A stretch of 64,000 nucleotides of DNA from Bacilli bacterium (lineage in GTDB: Bacteria; Bacillota_I; Bacilli_A; RF39; UBA660). Below are positions 15,010-25,352 of the stretch, piece after piece; the first letter of the stretch is position 1; every line of letters begins with the position of its first letter. Location: NCBI GenBank assembly GCA_017553685.1, contig JAFZKH010000008.1, positions 3,256-67,255 of the forward strand, read 5' to 3'. The position numbers and the translations under genes are program-made. The notes below the pieces were generated by a model. It was not told the DNA's origin, searched no databases, and saw only the letters and a program-made list of their open reading frames with translations.

Positions 15010-17679
15010 ATGAAAAATATTAAGGGTAAAAAACTATTATTTACTTTTATTTTATTATTAATGGTTATAATTCCTGTAACTATTACATTTGGAAAATTTG
15101 AATATGCTAGTCCAATACAATTTGATAATTTACAAGGAGCAGCTGCTCAAACTATTACTGGAACATATAGATTTAGTAATGGTAGTGTTGGAGCATATTA
15201 TATATATGGTGCAGATAAGATTCCTGCATTCTGTATTACAAGTAGTGTTTGTAGGGGAGCAGAATCTAAGTTTTGGATGGGTGAAGCTGTTACTGGTACT
15301 GGAACAAATCATCAAAGATTTTATCATACTTATTGTTTACAATCTGGGTTAACTGCAAATGGAAAACCTGATGGAATAAGTAGACCATATTTAACTGCTC
15401 ATGTATATAATGATCACTTTGATAATAATACACTAAAAAATAAAGCTGGAAATTATATAAATGCTAATCAACGTGAATTATTAGAAGATGTACTTGCAAG
15501 TGGTTATCATTATTCTGAAAACCATACTCAAACCGTATATAATTTATCTAATGGAGATCATGTTAAGAGAATATTTGTTAAACAATTAATTGTTTGGGAA
15601 ATAGTTGAAGGTGCTAGAACAAACCTTGATGAAGTTCCTAATGTATATCATGCTAATAACAGTGGTTATTATGCTGTTATTACAAAGAAAACAAACTTAC
15701 ATAATATTTATAAAGATCAATTAGCTGCTGCTAGAGAATATAGAGAAAAGAGACAAACTGGTGCTCCTATATTTGGTAAAGAATATACTATGAGATGGAA
15801 TAATAGTATATCTAAGTATGAAAGTGTTATTAGTGAATCATTAAATGGATTTAGTAATTGTAGTGCTAATAATAATGATGTATCTGTTTCTACTAAAACA
15901 ACTACTACTGGAACAGAAACAATTGTTACATCTACTAAAGCAATTACAACTCCAGTAACTATTACATGTTCTTATGTGGTAGGAGATGGTTCTAGTCAGT
16001 ATACATATTTCACATTTACTAAATATACTCAATTTCAAAATTTAGTATATGGTATTGGTGGAACAACAATTAAAAAATCGTTTACTGTTAGATCTGAGGC
16101 ATCAAATGTTTATATTAATAAATATAATGAATCGGGCCAAAGAATTAATAATGCAGATTTTACATTAACTCTAAAGAGTGATCCATCAATTTCGTTTGCA
16201 TTAACTGGTAATAAAACTACTCAAGTTATTGAGAAGAGTGGATTATATACTTTAAGAGAAACTAATCCTCCTCATGGATATGATAAAATATCAGAAGTTG
16301 AGTTAAATATTGATATTAAGAATGGTACTATTACATCATCTAATTCAGCTATTCAAGTTTTATATGATAGTGCATCTAATACATTCTATATAACTGTAGT
16401 AGATAAAGAAAAATCATTTGAAATAAAGAAAGTTAATGAATCAAATGCTGAAGTAAAAGGTGCAACATTTAAGATTTATAATGGTAATAATTTTAGTAAT
16501 GAAGTTAAGTTTAATAAAGCAAATAACATATTTAATTATGCAGAGAATGGTACAGTAACTAATATAGTAGATAATAATTATTCTACATATTCTATTAGAT
16601 TTTTACCTAAAGGTATATATAGAGTAGAGGAAACTGCTACACCTATGCCATATTTATTACCTACTGATATTAATGATAGAACATTCTATATTAAAGTAGA
16701 AGATGAATATAATGTATTTGATTGTGGTACTGATTCTACATGTAAGAATCCTAAATTAACTGTTAATAGTTCTATAACTATTAAAAATTATGAATCAAGA
16801 ATAGAAATAATTAAGACTGGTACTGGTGGTCTTCCTCTTGGAGGAGTTAAGTTTGTTTTATTAAATGAAGATAAAACTAAATATATTACATCTGATTATT
16901 TGGCAAATGAATATTTTTATAGTACATCAGTAACAGATATAACTAATGCTACAGTATTTATTACTAATACTGATGGTAAGATAATTATTCATAATTTACC
17001 AATGGGTACATATTACTTAAAAGAAATAGAAACAATTGATCCATATGTATTACCTGAGGGTGATGCAGTATATACTAAATTAGTATTAGAAATGAAGAAA
17101 GATGGTTTAAAACTTAATGGTAAATCATCTAAATCTGAAAGTATATCAAATGCTTCTAAAGAGTTTAACTTCTATAAAGTAGATGAAAATGGTAATTATT
17201 TAGCAGGTGGTAAATTTAAGATTCAAAGATTTAATGATGATACTGGTAAGTATGAAGATATAAAATTAGTGTCTGTTGAAAACGATGGTACTTATCAAGC
17301 AAATGCTAATATATTTAAAGAAGATTCTGAAAGTGGAAAAGTTCAATTTACTTTAGCACATGGTATTGCTACATTTGTTGATATGACTCCAGGAACTACT
17401 TATAGAATTCTAGAATTAGAGGCTCCTAAAGGATATGAAGTAGCTAATGTAGATAATAGTGCAATCATTAGATTAGATAGAAATGGTTATGCTAAAGGAT
17501 CTGCAATTATTATTAACCAACTTAAAAAGATTGAAGGATCTACTGCTCAAGCTGAATTAATTATAGAAATTCAAACTGGTAGAAAACTTATTAGATATGG
17601 ATTAATTATTGCAGGTACATTAATATTAATCGCAGGATTAATGGTTACATTAATTTATGTTTCAAAAAAGAGAAAATAG
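15010..17679 (+). CDS. surface adhesin paralog A: signal peptide, putative thioester (TED-like) N-domain, >=3 Cna-B/SpaA-type domains, C-terminal EIQTG + TM + KKRK anchor
   Basis: The signal/anchor is MKNIKGKKLLFTFILLLMVIIPVTITFG. A conserved Cys lies in YHTYCLQSG and a conserved Gln in VKQLIVWEI, reminiscent of Gram-positive thioester domains (inference). Three domains are Cna-B-like (GATFKIYNG...LPKGIYRVEETATPMPY; GGVKFVLLNE...LPMGTYYLKEIETIDPY; GGKFKIQRF...TPGTTYRILELEAPKGY). The C-terminus is ...IEIQTGRKLIRYGLIIAGTLILIAGLMVTLIYVSKKRK. Confidence 0.55.
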   Translation: MKNIKGKKLLFTFILLLMVIIPVTITFGKFEYASPIQFDNLQGAAAQTITGTYRFSNGSVGAYYIYGADKIPAFCITSSVCRGAESKFWMGEAVTGTGTNHQRFYHTYCLQSGLTANGKPDGISRPYLTAHVYNDHFDNNTLKNKAGNYINANQRELLEDVLASGYHYSENHTQTVYNLSNGDHVKRIFVKQLIVWEIVEGARTNLDEVPNVYHANNSGYYAVITKKTNLHNIYKDQLAAAREYREKRQTGAPIFGKEYTMRWNNSISKYESVISESLNGFSNCSANNNDVSVSTKTTTTGTETIVTSTKAITTPVTITCSYVVGDGSSQYTYFTFTKYTQFQNLVYGIGGTTIKKSFTVRSEASNVYINKYNESGQRINNADFTLTLKSDPSISFALTGNKTTQVIEKSGLYTLRETNPPHGYDKISEVELNIDIKNGTITSSNSAIQVLYDSASNTFYITVVDKEKSFEIKKVNESNAEVKGATFKIYNGNNFSNEVKFNKANNIFNYAENGTVTNIVDNNYSTYSIRFLPKGIYRVEETATPMPYLLPTDINDRTFYIKVEDEYNVFDCGTDSTCKNPKLTVNSSITIKNYESRIEIIKTGTGGLPLGGVKFVLLNEDKTKYITSDYLANEYFYSTSVTDITNATVFITNTDGKIIIHNLPMGTYYLKEIETIDPYVLPEGDAVYTKLVLEMKKDGLKLNGKSSKSESISNASKEFNFYKVDENGNYLAGGKFKIQRFNDDTGKYEDIKLVSVENDGTYQANANIFKEDSESGKVQFTLAHGIATFVDMTPGTTYRILELEAPKGYEVANVDNSAIIRLDRNGYAKGSAIIINQLKKIEGSTAQAELIIEIQTGRKLIRYGLIIAGTLILIAGLMVTLIYVSKKRK

Positions 17680-17695
17680 TTTCTCTTTTTTTGTT
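17661..17695 (+). terminator. rho-independent terminator overlapping the stop codon
   Basis: AAAAAGAGAAA tag TTTCTCTTTTTTT. An equivalent structure lies at 24553-24590. Confidence 0.55.
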
Positions 17696-17744
17696 ATATA
17701 TGATATAATAATTGTATATATAATAGTATAGGGAGTGTGTATAT

Positions 17745-20700
17745 ATGGAACAAATAAAAAAGGGTTTTTGGAAAACCATAGATTTTATTTATAAGCATAA
17801 AGTAATTGCTTTCTTTGTTGCTTTTACTTTAGCTACATCATTAATTTTGTATGGCGTATTTGCTACAGATGATGAATATGAAAACAAATTAAAAATAAGA
17901 GATAATAGTGCTGTTATTAAAACTATTGCTGATGCTGGTGCTGAACTTGATGCAGATACAGATACTCATGGTAAAGATGCATCTGCTTCTAATGGAGTAC
18001 TAAGAAACTTTGATAGTATTTCTTATAATGTAGAATATGTTTTAGAACATAAAACAGAAACATTAACTACTCCTATAGAAGGAAGAACAGTTATAGTAGA
18101 TGTTATTATTCCAAAGAATATTAATGCTACATTAACATCTTCTAATAAAAGTGGTGATGGTAGTATAATTGCTAAAACATTAGGAGACAATTATAGCTAT
18201 TTCCATTTTGAAATGCATAATGTACCTACATCTAGTACACTTAATCCATCTGAGTTTGATTTTACTTTAGAAGGTGTTAATACACAAACTGTTGGTGCAA
18301 GCTTTACTCCTATAATTCTTGTTAAAGAGAGTACAGATGCTGATAGTAAATCTATAGATGAATTAACTCCAGATGAAAAAGAAGCGTTTGCTGCTAATCC
18401 AGCTGGTAATGTAACTTGTCCTAGTACAGTTTCAAATTGTTTAACTACAATGACTGGTACATATGATTATAATGTTGAAGTATATCAAGGAACTCCTACT
18501 ACTGATACTGTAAGACAAAAAACTTATCCAATAGGTGTTGCTGTTAAAGTTCCTAGAACTATTGGTGTATATATTCCAAATAGTGTTTCATTTAGTATTA
18601 ATTGGGCTCCAGATGTAGCTGATACAGTTACAGTTCAATATGCTGAAAATTCTATGGAAGCATATAAAGGACCAAATAAACAATATACAATTATGTATGA
18701 TGGAATTACTCAATTACCTGAGTTAGGTAATACTATTACATTTGAAAATAATGTTTTAACAGTTAATGCTTTAAAATATTCAAGTGGAAATGATGATTTT
18801 GTTGGTACTGCTTCATTTGAACTTAAGGTAGCTCGTTCAGAAACTGATAGAGAAAACAGAACATTTACTGTTGCAACTAGTAATTTAACAGTACCTGGTA
18901 CAGATTATTCTAAATTACAAGGTGGAGATATTACTGTTACTGATTACTACGAAAAATTTGTTGGTAGTTTCTTATCACAAGTTGATATATATGCTGGTGA
19001 AGTTTCAAAAGATCCAGGAACTGCAACTCCTTTATTACCAGGTAATGCATATTTAAATTATAATCAAAGATTCAGAGTAGTTGAAACAATTGCTTATGCT
19101 ACTGATGGTAAAGGTGATGACTTATCTGAATTAGATAATTATATTAAAATTGATCCTACTGCTTTCTTAATAACTAAAGAAGATAGTGGTATTGTTAGTG
19201 CTCCAATGGCTAGTTTAAAATATGGCCAAGGTGAGTGGACTTCAGAATACTTTGATTTAACTGGTGTATCTGGATGCCCTACATCATTTGATGGATTAAC
19301 TACAGAAAATATTATGAACTTATATGGTGGACCATGTATAGTTGAAAAAACTGGTGAAAACAGTCCATTTGTATGGAGTTTACAAGATGAAGATACATCT
19401 GATCTTCCAATAATAATTGTTAAAGCGATATTTGGTGATCAAACTTCTGATGATATGAATGCTGATGCATCATTAACAGCTAAAGTATCTTTAGCAGGTA
19501 AAATTAGAAAGAATAATATTAATTTAATTGATCATTCATATCAAATATCTACTTTATCAACAGGATACTTTAAGAATCCAACAACTGGTAATTTAGATTT
19601 ATATTATTTATCAAAGAATATTAATACTAGTGATGTTACTAGTGCTAAGAATCCTAATAACTATGGAAAGAGTAATTATAGTTTTGAAAATAGATTCTTA
19701 ATAGCTAATAATACTAATCCATGTAATGGTGAATCTTTATGTGGAATTTCAGGTGATACTGTTCATGTAATGGGATTCAAAGTAAATAAACCTGAAGTAG
19801 TATCTTACTTCAATAATTATCCAAAGACTTCATTCTATGATTATCCAATTGAATGGAGAATTCAAGTTAGTGCAACTTCTGATATAGATACTATTGAATA
19901 TGATCATGCTGGAATTGCAGTAACTATTCCAAAAACATTAAATTATTTATATGCAGAAATATTAGTAAATAACGGTGATAGTTCTAAGAGAATGGAAAAA
20001 ACACCATCAAGAGTAATTGATGATGATCCAACTTATACAATTTATGTATATGATTTTGAAAGAGATGAAATAACTAACGGAGCTGTTAATACATTATCTA
20101 TATTTACTGATATATTTATGAATACAAAATCAGGAACTCAAGTACAAATTAGTGCTGCTGCTGATATGGATGGATATATAGTAGATAATAGTGATATTCA
20201 TAGAGTTTTAGATAATAGACCATCTATTCCATTTAAGACTACTGAATCTGATGTTATAACTCTATATAACAGTGCATATATAAGTACATTTGGTAATGCT
20301 GCTCCAAGATATGTAGAAAAAGAAGAATCATATACTTATACTATGAAATCATATAATAATTCAAGTGATAGTAGTAATGCAGGATATGCTTATGAAAATG
20401 CTACATTATATTATATGCTTCCATATATAGAAGACTATAACTATAAGTCATATAATAAGAAATTTACAAATTCTACTTATAAAGTAAAAATTAATGATAA
20501 TTTAACTGGTTATACAGCATACTATACAACTGATGCTTCTGCTAATGTAGTTAGTGATGTTAATAATTTAGTTAATTCTGATAATTCAACTAACTGGGTA
20601 GAATGGACTAATCCTTCAGCTGAAGTTGAAGCTACTGCTATTAAGATTGTTAAGAATGAAAACTGGGATATTGATACATACTTTGTTTCAGAAAATGGTG

Positions 20701-21893
20701 TTAATGTAACTGTTACACCAGTTAAGAATGCTCAAGCTGATGCATACTATAATGGATTTATAGTTGCAGTTAATAGACCTGCTGGATTTGCTCCAGAATG
20801 TGAAGAAAGAATGGATGAAGATCCAGAAACACCATGTGATCCAAATGCACAAAGTAGTAGATTATTCTTCTATTCATCTGAATCTTTAGTAGAGGTTTAT
20901 AGTAGACAAATTTCAGGATTTGTATTTGAAGATTATAACTATAGTGATATCTATGAAGTTGGTGAAGACCAAATGAAAGATATAGTAGTAGAATTATATA
21001 AATTAAATAATACTTCATATGATCCTCAAGATGCTGCTAATCCAAATGCATATATTAATTCTGAAGTAGATGAACTTGTTTCAACTACTACTACAGATGG
21101 TAATGGTGCATATACATTTACTGGATTAAATACTGGTAACTATTATGTATTATTTAGATATGATGGAAATAAATATACACCAAGTAATAAATATGCTGGT
21201 GGTGATAATAGTAGACAAGTTAATTCTAAGTCTATAGCTAAGAATCAAGCTGATAATGAAGCGGTTTCAGATATACTTACATTAACTAGTCAAAATGGTT
21301 CTGAAAATAAGAATTATATTAACTTAGGATTAAGAATCAGAAAAGACTTTGCTGTTGAAATTAATAAGTACATAACTAATATTGTTCAAACTTCTAGTCA
21401 AGGAGTTAAGACATATGAATATGAAAAAGCAACTAAAGTTAATATAGATATTAGAAATATTAAAAATACTAAGTTTAGAGTAACTTATAGTTTTGATATA
21501 GTTAATACTAAATACTTCCCTGGTTATATTGGAATAATAGCTGACTTAGTACCAGCTGGTATGACATTTGATGGTTCGTTAGAAGAAAACAAAGACTGGA
21601 CTATTTATGATGGGGTTCTATATTATACTGGACTTCAAGATAAATTATTATTACCAGGAGATAGACAATACTTTAAATTAGTTCTTGATTTAGACACTAA
21701 TACAGGTGGAACATATACTAATATAGTAGCTGCTCAACAACCAATATTAATGGGTGAAAAAACATCTGATATAGACTTTAATTCAATTACATTTGAAGAT
21801 GCTAATCCAGTAGAAACTACTGATCCTAACACTGGTACTCAAACAGGTACTGATACAGGAAATAATACTGGAGAAGGAAATAATGGAGAGTAG
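17745..21893 (+). CDS. large surface protein (1382 aa): N-terminal signal anchor, multiple beta-rich domains, SdrD-B-like (Cna-B) domain and DUF11-like C-terminal domain
   Basis: N-terminal TM IAFFVAFTLATSLILYGVFA. The C-terminal region (FVFEDYNYSDIYEVGEDQMKDIVVELYK...GNGAYTFTGLNTGNYYVLFRYDG) fits the SdrD B-like/prealbumin fold. The terminal segment (RNIKNTKFRVTYSFDIVNT...GMTFDGS) is DUF11-like. No C-terminal anchor is present. Confidence 0.45.
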   Translation: MEQIKKGFWKTIDFIYKHKVIAFFVAFTLATSLILYGVFATDDEYENKLKIRDNSAVIKTIADAGAELDADTDTHGKDASASNGVLRNFDSISYNVEYVLEHKTETLTTPIEGRTVIVDVIIPKNINATLTSSNKSGDGSIIAKTLGDNYSYFHFEMHNVPTSSTLNPSEFDFTLEGVNTQTVGASFTPIILVKESTDADSKSIDELTPDEKEAFAANPAGNVTCPSTVSNCLTTMTGTYDYNVEVYQGTPTTDTVRQKTYPIGVAVKVPRTIGVYIPNSVSFSINWAPDVADTVTVQYAENSMEAYKGPNKQYTIMYDGITQLPELGNTITFENNVLTVNALKYSSGNDDFVGTASFELKVARSETDRENRTFTVATSNLTVPGTDYSKLQGGDITVTDYYEKFVGSFLSQVDIYAGEVSKDPGTATPLLPGNAYLNYNQRFRVVETIAYATDGKGDDLSELDNYIKIDPTAFLITKEDSGIVSAPMASLKYGQGEWTSEYFDLTGVSGCPTSFDGLTTENIMNLYGGPCIVEKTGENSPFVWSLQDEDTSDLPIIIVKAIFGDQTSDDMNADASLTAKVSLAGKIRKNNINLIDHSYQISTLSTGYFKNPTTGNLDLYYLSKNINTSDVTSAKNPNNYGKSNYSFENRFLIANNTNPCNGESLCGISGDTVHVMGFKVNKPEVVSYFNNYPKTSFYDYPIEWRIQVSATSDIDTIEYDHAGIAVTIPKTLNYLYAEILVNNGDSSKRMEKTPSRVIDDDPTYTIYVYDFERDEITNGAVNTLSIFTDIFMNTKSGTQVQISAAADMDGYIVDNSDIHRVLDNRPSIPFKTTESDVITLYNSAYISTFGNAAPRYVEKEESYTYTMKSYNNSSDSSNAGYAYENATLYYMLPYIEDYNYKSYNKKFTNSTYKVKINDNLTGYTAYYTTDASANVVSDVNNLVNSDNSTNWVEWTNPSAEVEATAIKIVKNENWDIDTYFVSENGVNVTVTPVKNAQADAYYNGFIVAVNRPAGFAPECEERMDEDPETPCDPNAQSSRLFFYSSESLVEVYSRQISGFVFEDYNYSDIYEVGEDQMKDIVVELYKLNNTSYDPQDAANPNAYINSEVDELVSTTTTDGNGAYTFTGLNTGNYYVLFRYDGNKYTPSNKYAGGDNSRQVNSKSIAKNQADNEAVSDILTLTSQNGSENKNYINLGLRIRKDFAVEINKYITNIVQTSSQGVKTYEYEKATKVNIDIRNIKNTKFRVTYSFDIVNTKYFPGYIGIIADLVPAGMTFDGSLEENKDWTIYDGVLYYTGLQDKLLLPGDRQYFKLVLDLDTNTGGTYTNIVAAQQPILMGEKTSDIDFNSITFEDANPVETTDPNTGTQTGTDTGNNTGEGNNGE

Positions 21894-21902
21894 GTGAATA
21901 GT

Positions 21903-24572
21903 ATGAAAAAGAAAAAAGTACTATATGCCTTAGCCCTATTATTAATTATTGTAATACCTTTTACTGTAGTATTTGGGAAGAAAACAGGATTAAACTTTAA
22001 TTTCTTATCGAAATTAAAGGGTAGTCCTGCCCAAGTAGTTTCAGGTACTTATACATATAATAATAAAAGCTTTCCTGTAAAAGATATATGGGGTTCAAGT
22101 GAAATCCCTAAATTCTATTTAGGACCATATGAACATTATGGAACGTTAAAATCTCAATATATTCATGAAGCAAAGACATCTGATGGTAAATATTATCATG
22201 CATACTGTATAGATAGGGGTATCTCTATAGAGGATACTAATAGTCCTTCATTAGATGCATATGTTTATGATGGTAATTTTGAAGGTCTTACTTCTAGAGA
22301 TATAAATGGAAATGTTTCTTCTACTTTAACAGATGAGCAAATAGAAACATTACAAGATATATTAGCGTCAGGATATCATTATTCTGAAGATCATACTGTA
22401 TCTATTGATAAAATAAATGATGCTACAGTAAAGAAAAAAATATTTGTTAAACAAATTCTTGTTTGGGAAATAATGGCTGGTGGAAGATATAATCTAGAGG
22501 AAATTCCTTCTTGTTGTGATGATTATGGTTCTAGTACACCATTAAATTGCTCATATAATGCAGTTATTGCTCAAAGATCTGATTTACTTCAATATTATAG
22601 AGAAGCACTTCAAGCTGCTAGAGAGTATAGAAGTAAAAGAAATGGAGAAAATATATATTCTCCAGCTTTAGGCAAAAACTATACAATGAGATGGGATTCA
22701 AAACAACAAAAGTATACTACAGGCGTTATTAGTAATGCCCTTGGAGGATATACTTCTAATTGTCAAGCAATTAATAATAATGATATAACTATATCTATTT
22801 CTGGAGATCATGCTACTGTTACATCAACTAAACCAATTCAAAGTGCAACAATTAGTTGTGATTATGTTGAAGGAAGTGGTACTAGTACATGGTGGTATTA
22901 TGATTTTCCTAGTCATCCATCATGGCAGAGAATAGTTAATGGTGATGGTGGTGCTACTATCAATGGTAGATTTACTGTAGGAACTGAAGAAGCACAAATA
23001 TTTATTAGTAAATATAATCCTGAGGGATCTAGACTTTCTGGTTCTAAATTTACATTAACATTAAAGAATGATTCATCAGTAAAATTTAATTTAACTGGTA
23101 ATGATGGTAAAGTTTCTTTAGAGAGAAGTGGAATATATATTCTTACTGAAACTGATACACCATTTGGATATGAAAAAATACGTCAAACAGAGTTAAATAT
23201 TGATCTTAATACTAGATCTATTAGTTCATCTAATACAGGTGAAGTTCAAGCATCATTTAATGATACTGAACATGCATTTGAAATTAGAGTAGTTGATAAT
23301 TATAAAGCATTTAATATTAGTAAAATAAATGAAAATAATGAAGCTTTAAAAGGCGCTACATTTAAGATTTATAATGGATCTAACTTTAATAATGAAGTTA
23401 AGTTTACTAAGAGTAATAATATATTTAGTTATTCTACTAGTGGAAATGTAACTGAAATAGTAGATAATAACTATTCTACATATACAATTAGATTCCTAGA
23501 AAAGGGTATCTATAAAGTAGTAGAAACTAAAGCTCCTAGTCCATATGTATTAACTTCTAAAATAGAAGATAGAACATATTATATTAAAGTAGCAGATGAA
23601 TATAATATTTATGATTGTAAGAGTGATTCTACTTGTAAGAATGCCTCTTTAACAGTTTCTAATACATTAAAGTTTAAGAACTATTTTACTAAGTTAAATA
23701 TTATTAAAACTGGTCAAGGAGGTTTACCTCTAGCTGGTGTTAAATTTATTCTATTAAATGAAGCAAAAGATACATATTATAAGGCAACTTTATCTAATGG
23801 AACATATAATTATTCTGGTACATCAACTAATATAAGTGATGCAACTGTATTAATTACAAATGCTAGTGGACAAATAAATGTTAATAGTCTTCCAGTTGGA
23901 ACATATTACATAAAAGAAATAGAAACTATTGATCCATATGTATTACCTGATGGTGATGATGCTTATACAAAATTAGTAGTAGACATGAAATCAGATGGAC
24001 CTACTGTTAATAATAAAGCATCATGTTCTGAAGGTATTTCAAATGCTACTAAAGAGTTTAACTTCTATAAAGTAGATGAAAATGGTAATTATTTATCTGG
24101 TGGTAAATTCAAGATTCAAAAATTCAATGATGATACTGGTAAATATGAAGATATTAAATTAGTATCTGTAGAAAATAATGGACAATATCAAGCAAAAGCA
24201 AATGTATTTAAAGAAGATGAAGAAAATGGAAAAGTTCAATTTACTTTATCTCATGGTATTGCTACATTTGTAGATATGACTCCTGGAACTACATATAGAA
24301 TTCTTGAAATTGAAGCTCCTAAAGGATATGAACTTGCTAATGTAGATAATAGTGCTGTTATTAAATTAGACAGAAAAGGATATGCAAAAGGATCTGCTAC
24401 TATTATTAACCAAACTAAGAAATTAGAGGGTTCTACTGCACAAGCTGAATTAATTATAGAAATTCAAACTGGTAGAAAACTTATTAGATATGGTTTAATC
24501 ATTGCAGGTACATTAATAATAATCGCTGGATTAATGGTTACATTAATTTATGTATCAAAAAAGAGAAAATAA
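21903..24572 (+). CDS. surface adhesin paralog B (same architecture as 15010-17679, identical C-terminal anchor)
   Basis: The start ATG at 21903 follows AGGTGA; the track's 21894 start is GTG. Features include YHAYCIDRG, VKQILVWEIMAG, Cna-B-like domains, and a C-terminal 178 aa that is ~88% identical to paralog A, including ...EIQTGRKLIRYGLIIAGTLIIIAGLMVTLIYVSKKRK. Confidence 0.55.
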   Translation: MKKKKVLYALALLLIIVIPFTVVFGKKTGLNFNFLSKLKGSPAQVVSGTYTYNNKSFPVKDIWGSSEIPKFYLGPYEHYGTLKSQYIHEAKTSDGKYYHAYCIDRGISIEDTNSPSLDAYVYDGNFEGLTSRDINGNVSSTLTDEQIETLQDILASGYHYSEDHTVSIDKINDATVKKKIFVKQILVWEIMAGGRYNLEEIPSCCDDYGSSTPLNCSYNAVIAQRSDLLQYYREALQAAREYRSKRNGENIYSPALGKNYTMRWDSKQQKYTTGVISNALGGYTSNCQAINNNDITISISGDHATVTSTKPIQSATISCDYVEGSGTSTWWYYDFPSHPSWQRIVNGDGGATINGRFTVGTEEAQIFISKYNPEGSRLSGSKFTLTLKNDSSVKFNLTGNDGKVSLERSGIYILTETDTPFGYEKIRQTELNIDLNTRSISSSNTGEVQASFNDTEHAFEIRVVDNYKAFNISKINENNEALKGATFKIYNGSNFNNEVKFTKSNNIFSYSTSGNVTEIVDNNYSTYTIRFLEKGIYKVVETKAPSPYVLTSKIEDRTYYIKVADEYNIYDCKSDSTCKNASLTVSNTLKFKNYFTKLNIIKTGQGGLPLAGVKFILLNEAKDTYYKATLSNGTYNYSGTSTNISDATVLITNASGQINVNSLPVGTYYIKEIETIDPYVLPDGDDAYTKLVVDMKSDGPTVNNKASCSEGISNATKEFNFYKVDENGNYLSGGKFKIQKFNDDTGKYEDIKLVSVENNGQYQAKANVFKEDEENGKVQFTLSHGIATFVDMTPGTTYRILEIEAPKGYELANVDNSAVIKLDRKGYAKGSATIINQTKKLEGSTAQAELIIEIQTGRKLIRYGLIIAGTLIIIAGLMVTLIYVSKKRK

Positions 24573-24626
24573 TTTCTCTTTTTTTTATTTATATGTTATA
24601 ATCTTTATCGCAAAGGGGAATATACT

Positions 24627-25352
24627 ATGGAAAGATTACAAAAGGTTATTGCAAATTCTGGATACTGTTCTAGAAGAAAAGCAGAAGAACTTATTTCTAA
24701 TGGTAAAGTAATAGTTAATGGTGATATAGTTAGAGAACTTGGTACTAAAGTTAATTCTTCAGATATTATTATAGTAGAAGGTCATTCTATTTCTTATGAA
24801 GAAAGAGAATATTATATGCTTAATAAACCTAGAGAAGTTATATCATCAGCATCAGATGATAAAGGTAGAAAAACAGTAGTAGACTATATAGAAACTGATA
24901 AAAGAATTTATCCTATTGGTAGATTAGACTATGATACAACAGGTTTAATATTACTTACTAATGATGGTGATTTTGCTAATAAAATGATGAAACCAAGTAA
25001 TAATATTATTAAGACTTATTTAGCTAAATTAGACTCTATTTTAACTAAAGAAGATACTGAAAAATTACTTAATGGTTTAGTTATAGATGGAGTTAAATGC
25101 ATTCCTGATAGAGTAAAAATAAAAGATATAGATAAAAAGACTAATAGATGTTTAGTAGAAATATCTATTCATGAAGGAAGAAATCATGAGGTTAGAAAAC
25201 TATTTGAAAAACTTGGTTATAATTGTTTAAAATTAACAAGAATAGCTTATGGTTCATTAAAACTTGGTAATCTTAGATCAGGTGAATATAGACATTTATC
25301 AAAACAAGAGATAAATGAATTATTACAGTTAATAAAAAAAGAAGATAATTAA
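24627..25352 (+). CDS. rluB: 23S rRNA pseudouridine synthase, RluB/RsuA family (S4 domain + PsuS catalytic domain)
   Basis: MERLQKVIANSGYCSRRKAEELISNGKVIVNG is the S4 domain. Catalytic motifs IGRLDYDTTGLILLTNDG and EGRNHEVR are present. Confidence 0.8.
   Translation: MERLQKVIANSGYCSRRKAEELISNGKVIVNGDIVRELGTKVNSSDIIIVEGHSISYEEREYYMLNKPREVISSASDDKGRKTVVDYIETDKRIYPIGRLDYDTTGLILLTNDGDFANKMMKPSNNIIKTYLAKLDSILTKEDTEKLLNGLVIDGVKCIPDRVKIKDIDKKTNRCLVEISIHEGRNHEVRKLFEKLGYNCLKLTRIAYGSLKLGNLRSGEYRHLSKQEINELLQLIKKEDN

Noticed and set aside
24573-24626. Looked for a sortase or LPXTG gene immediately downstream of the adhesin locus
   Set aside because: The next gene is rluB (housekeeping). No sortase-like TLxTC motif protein was found anywhere in the window.
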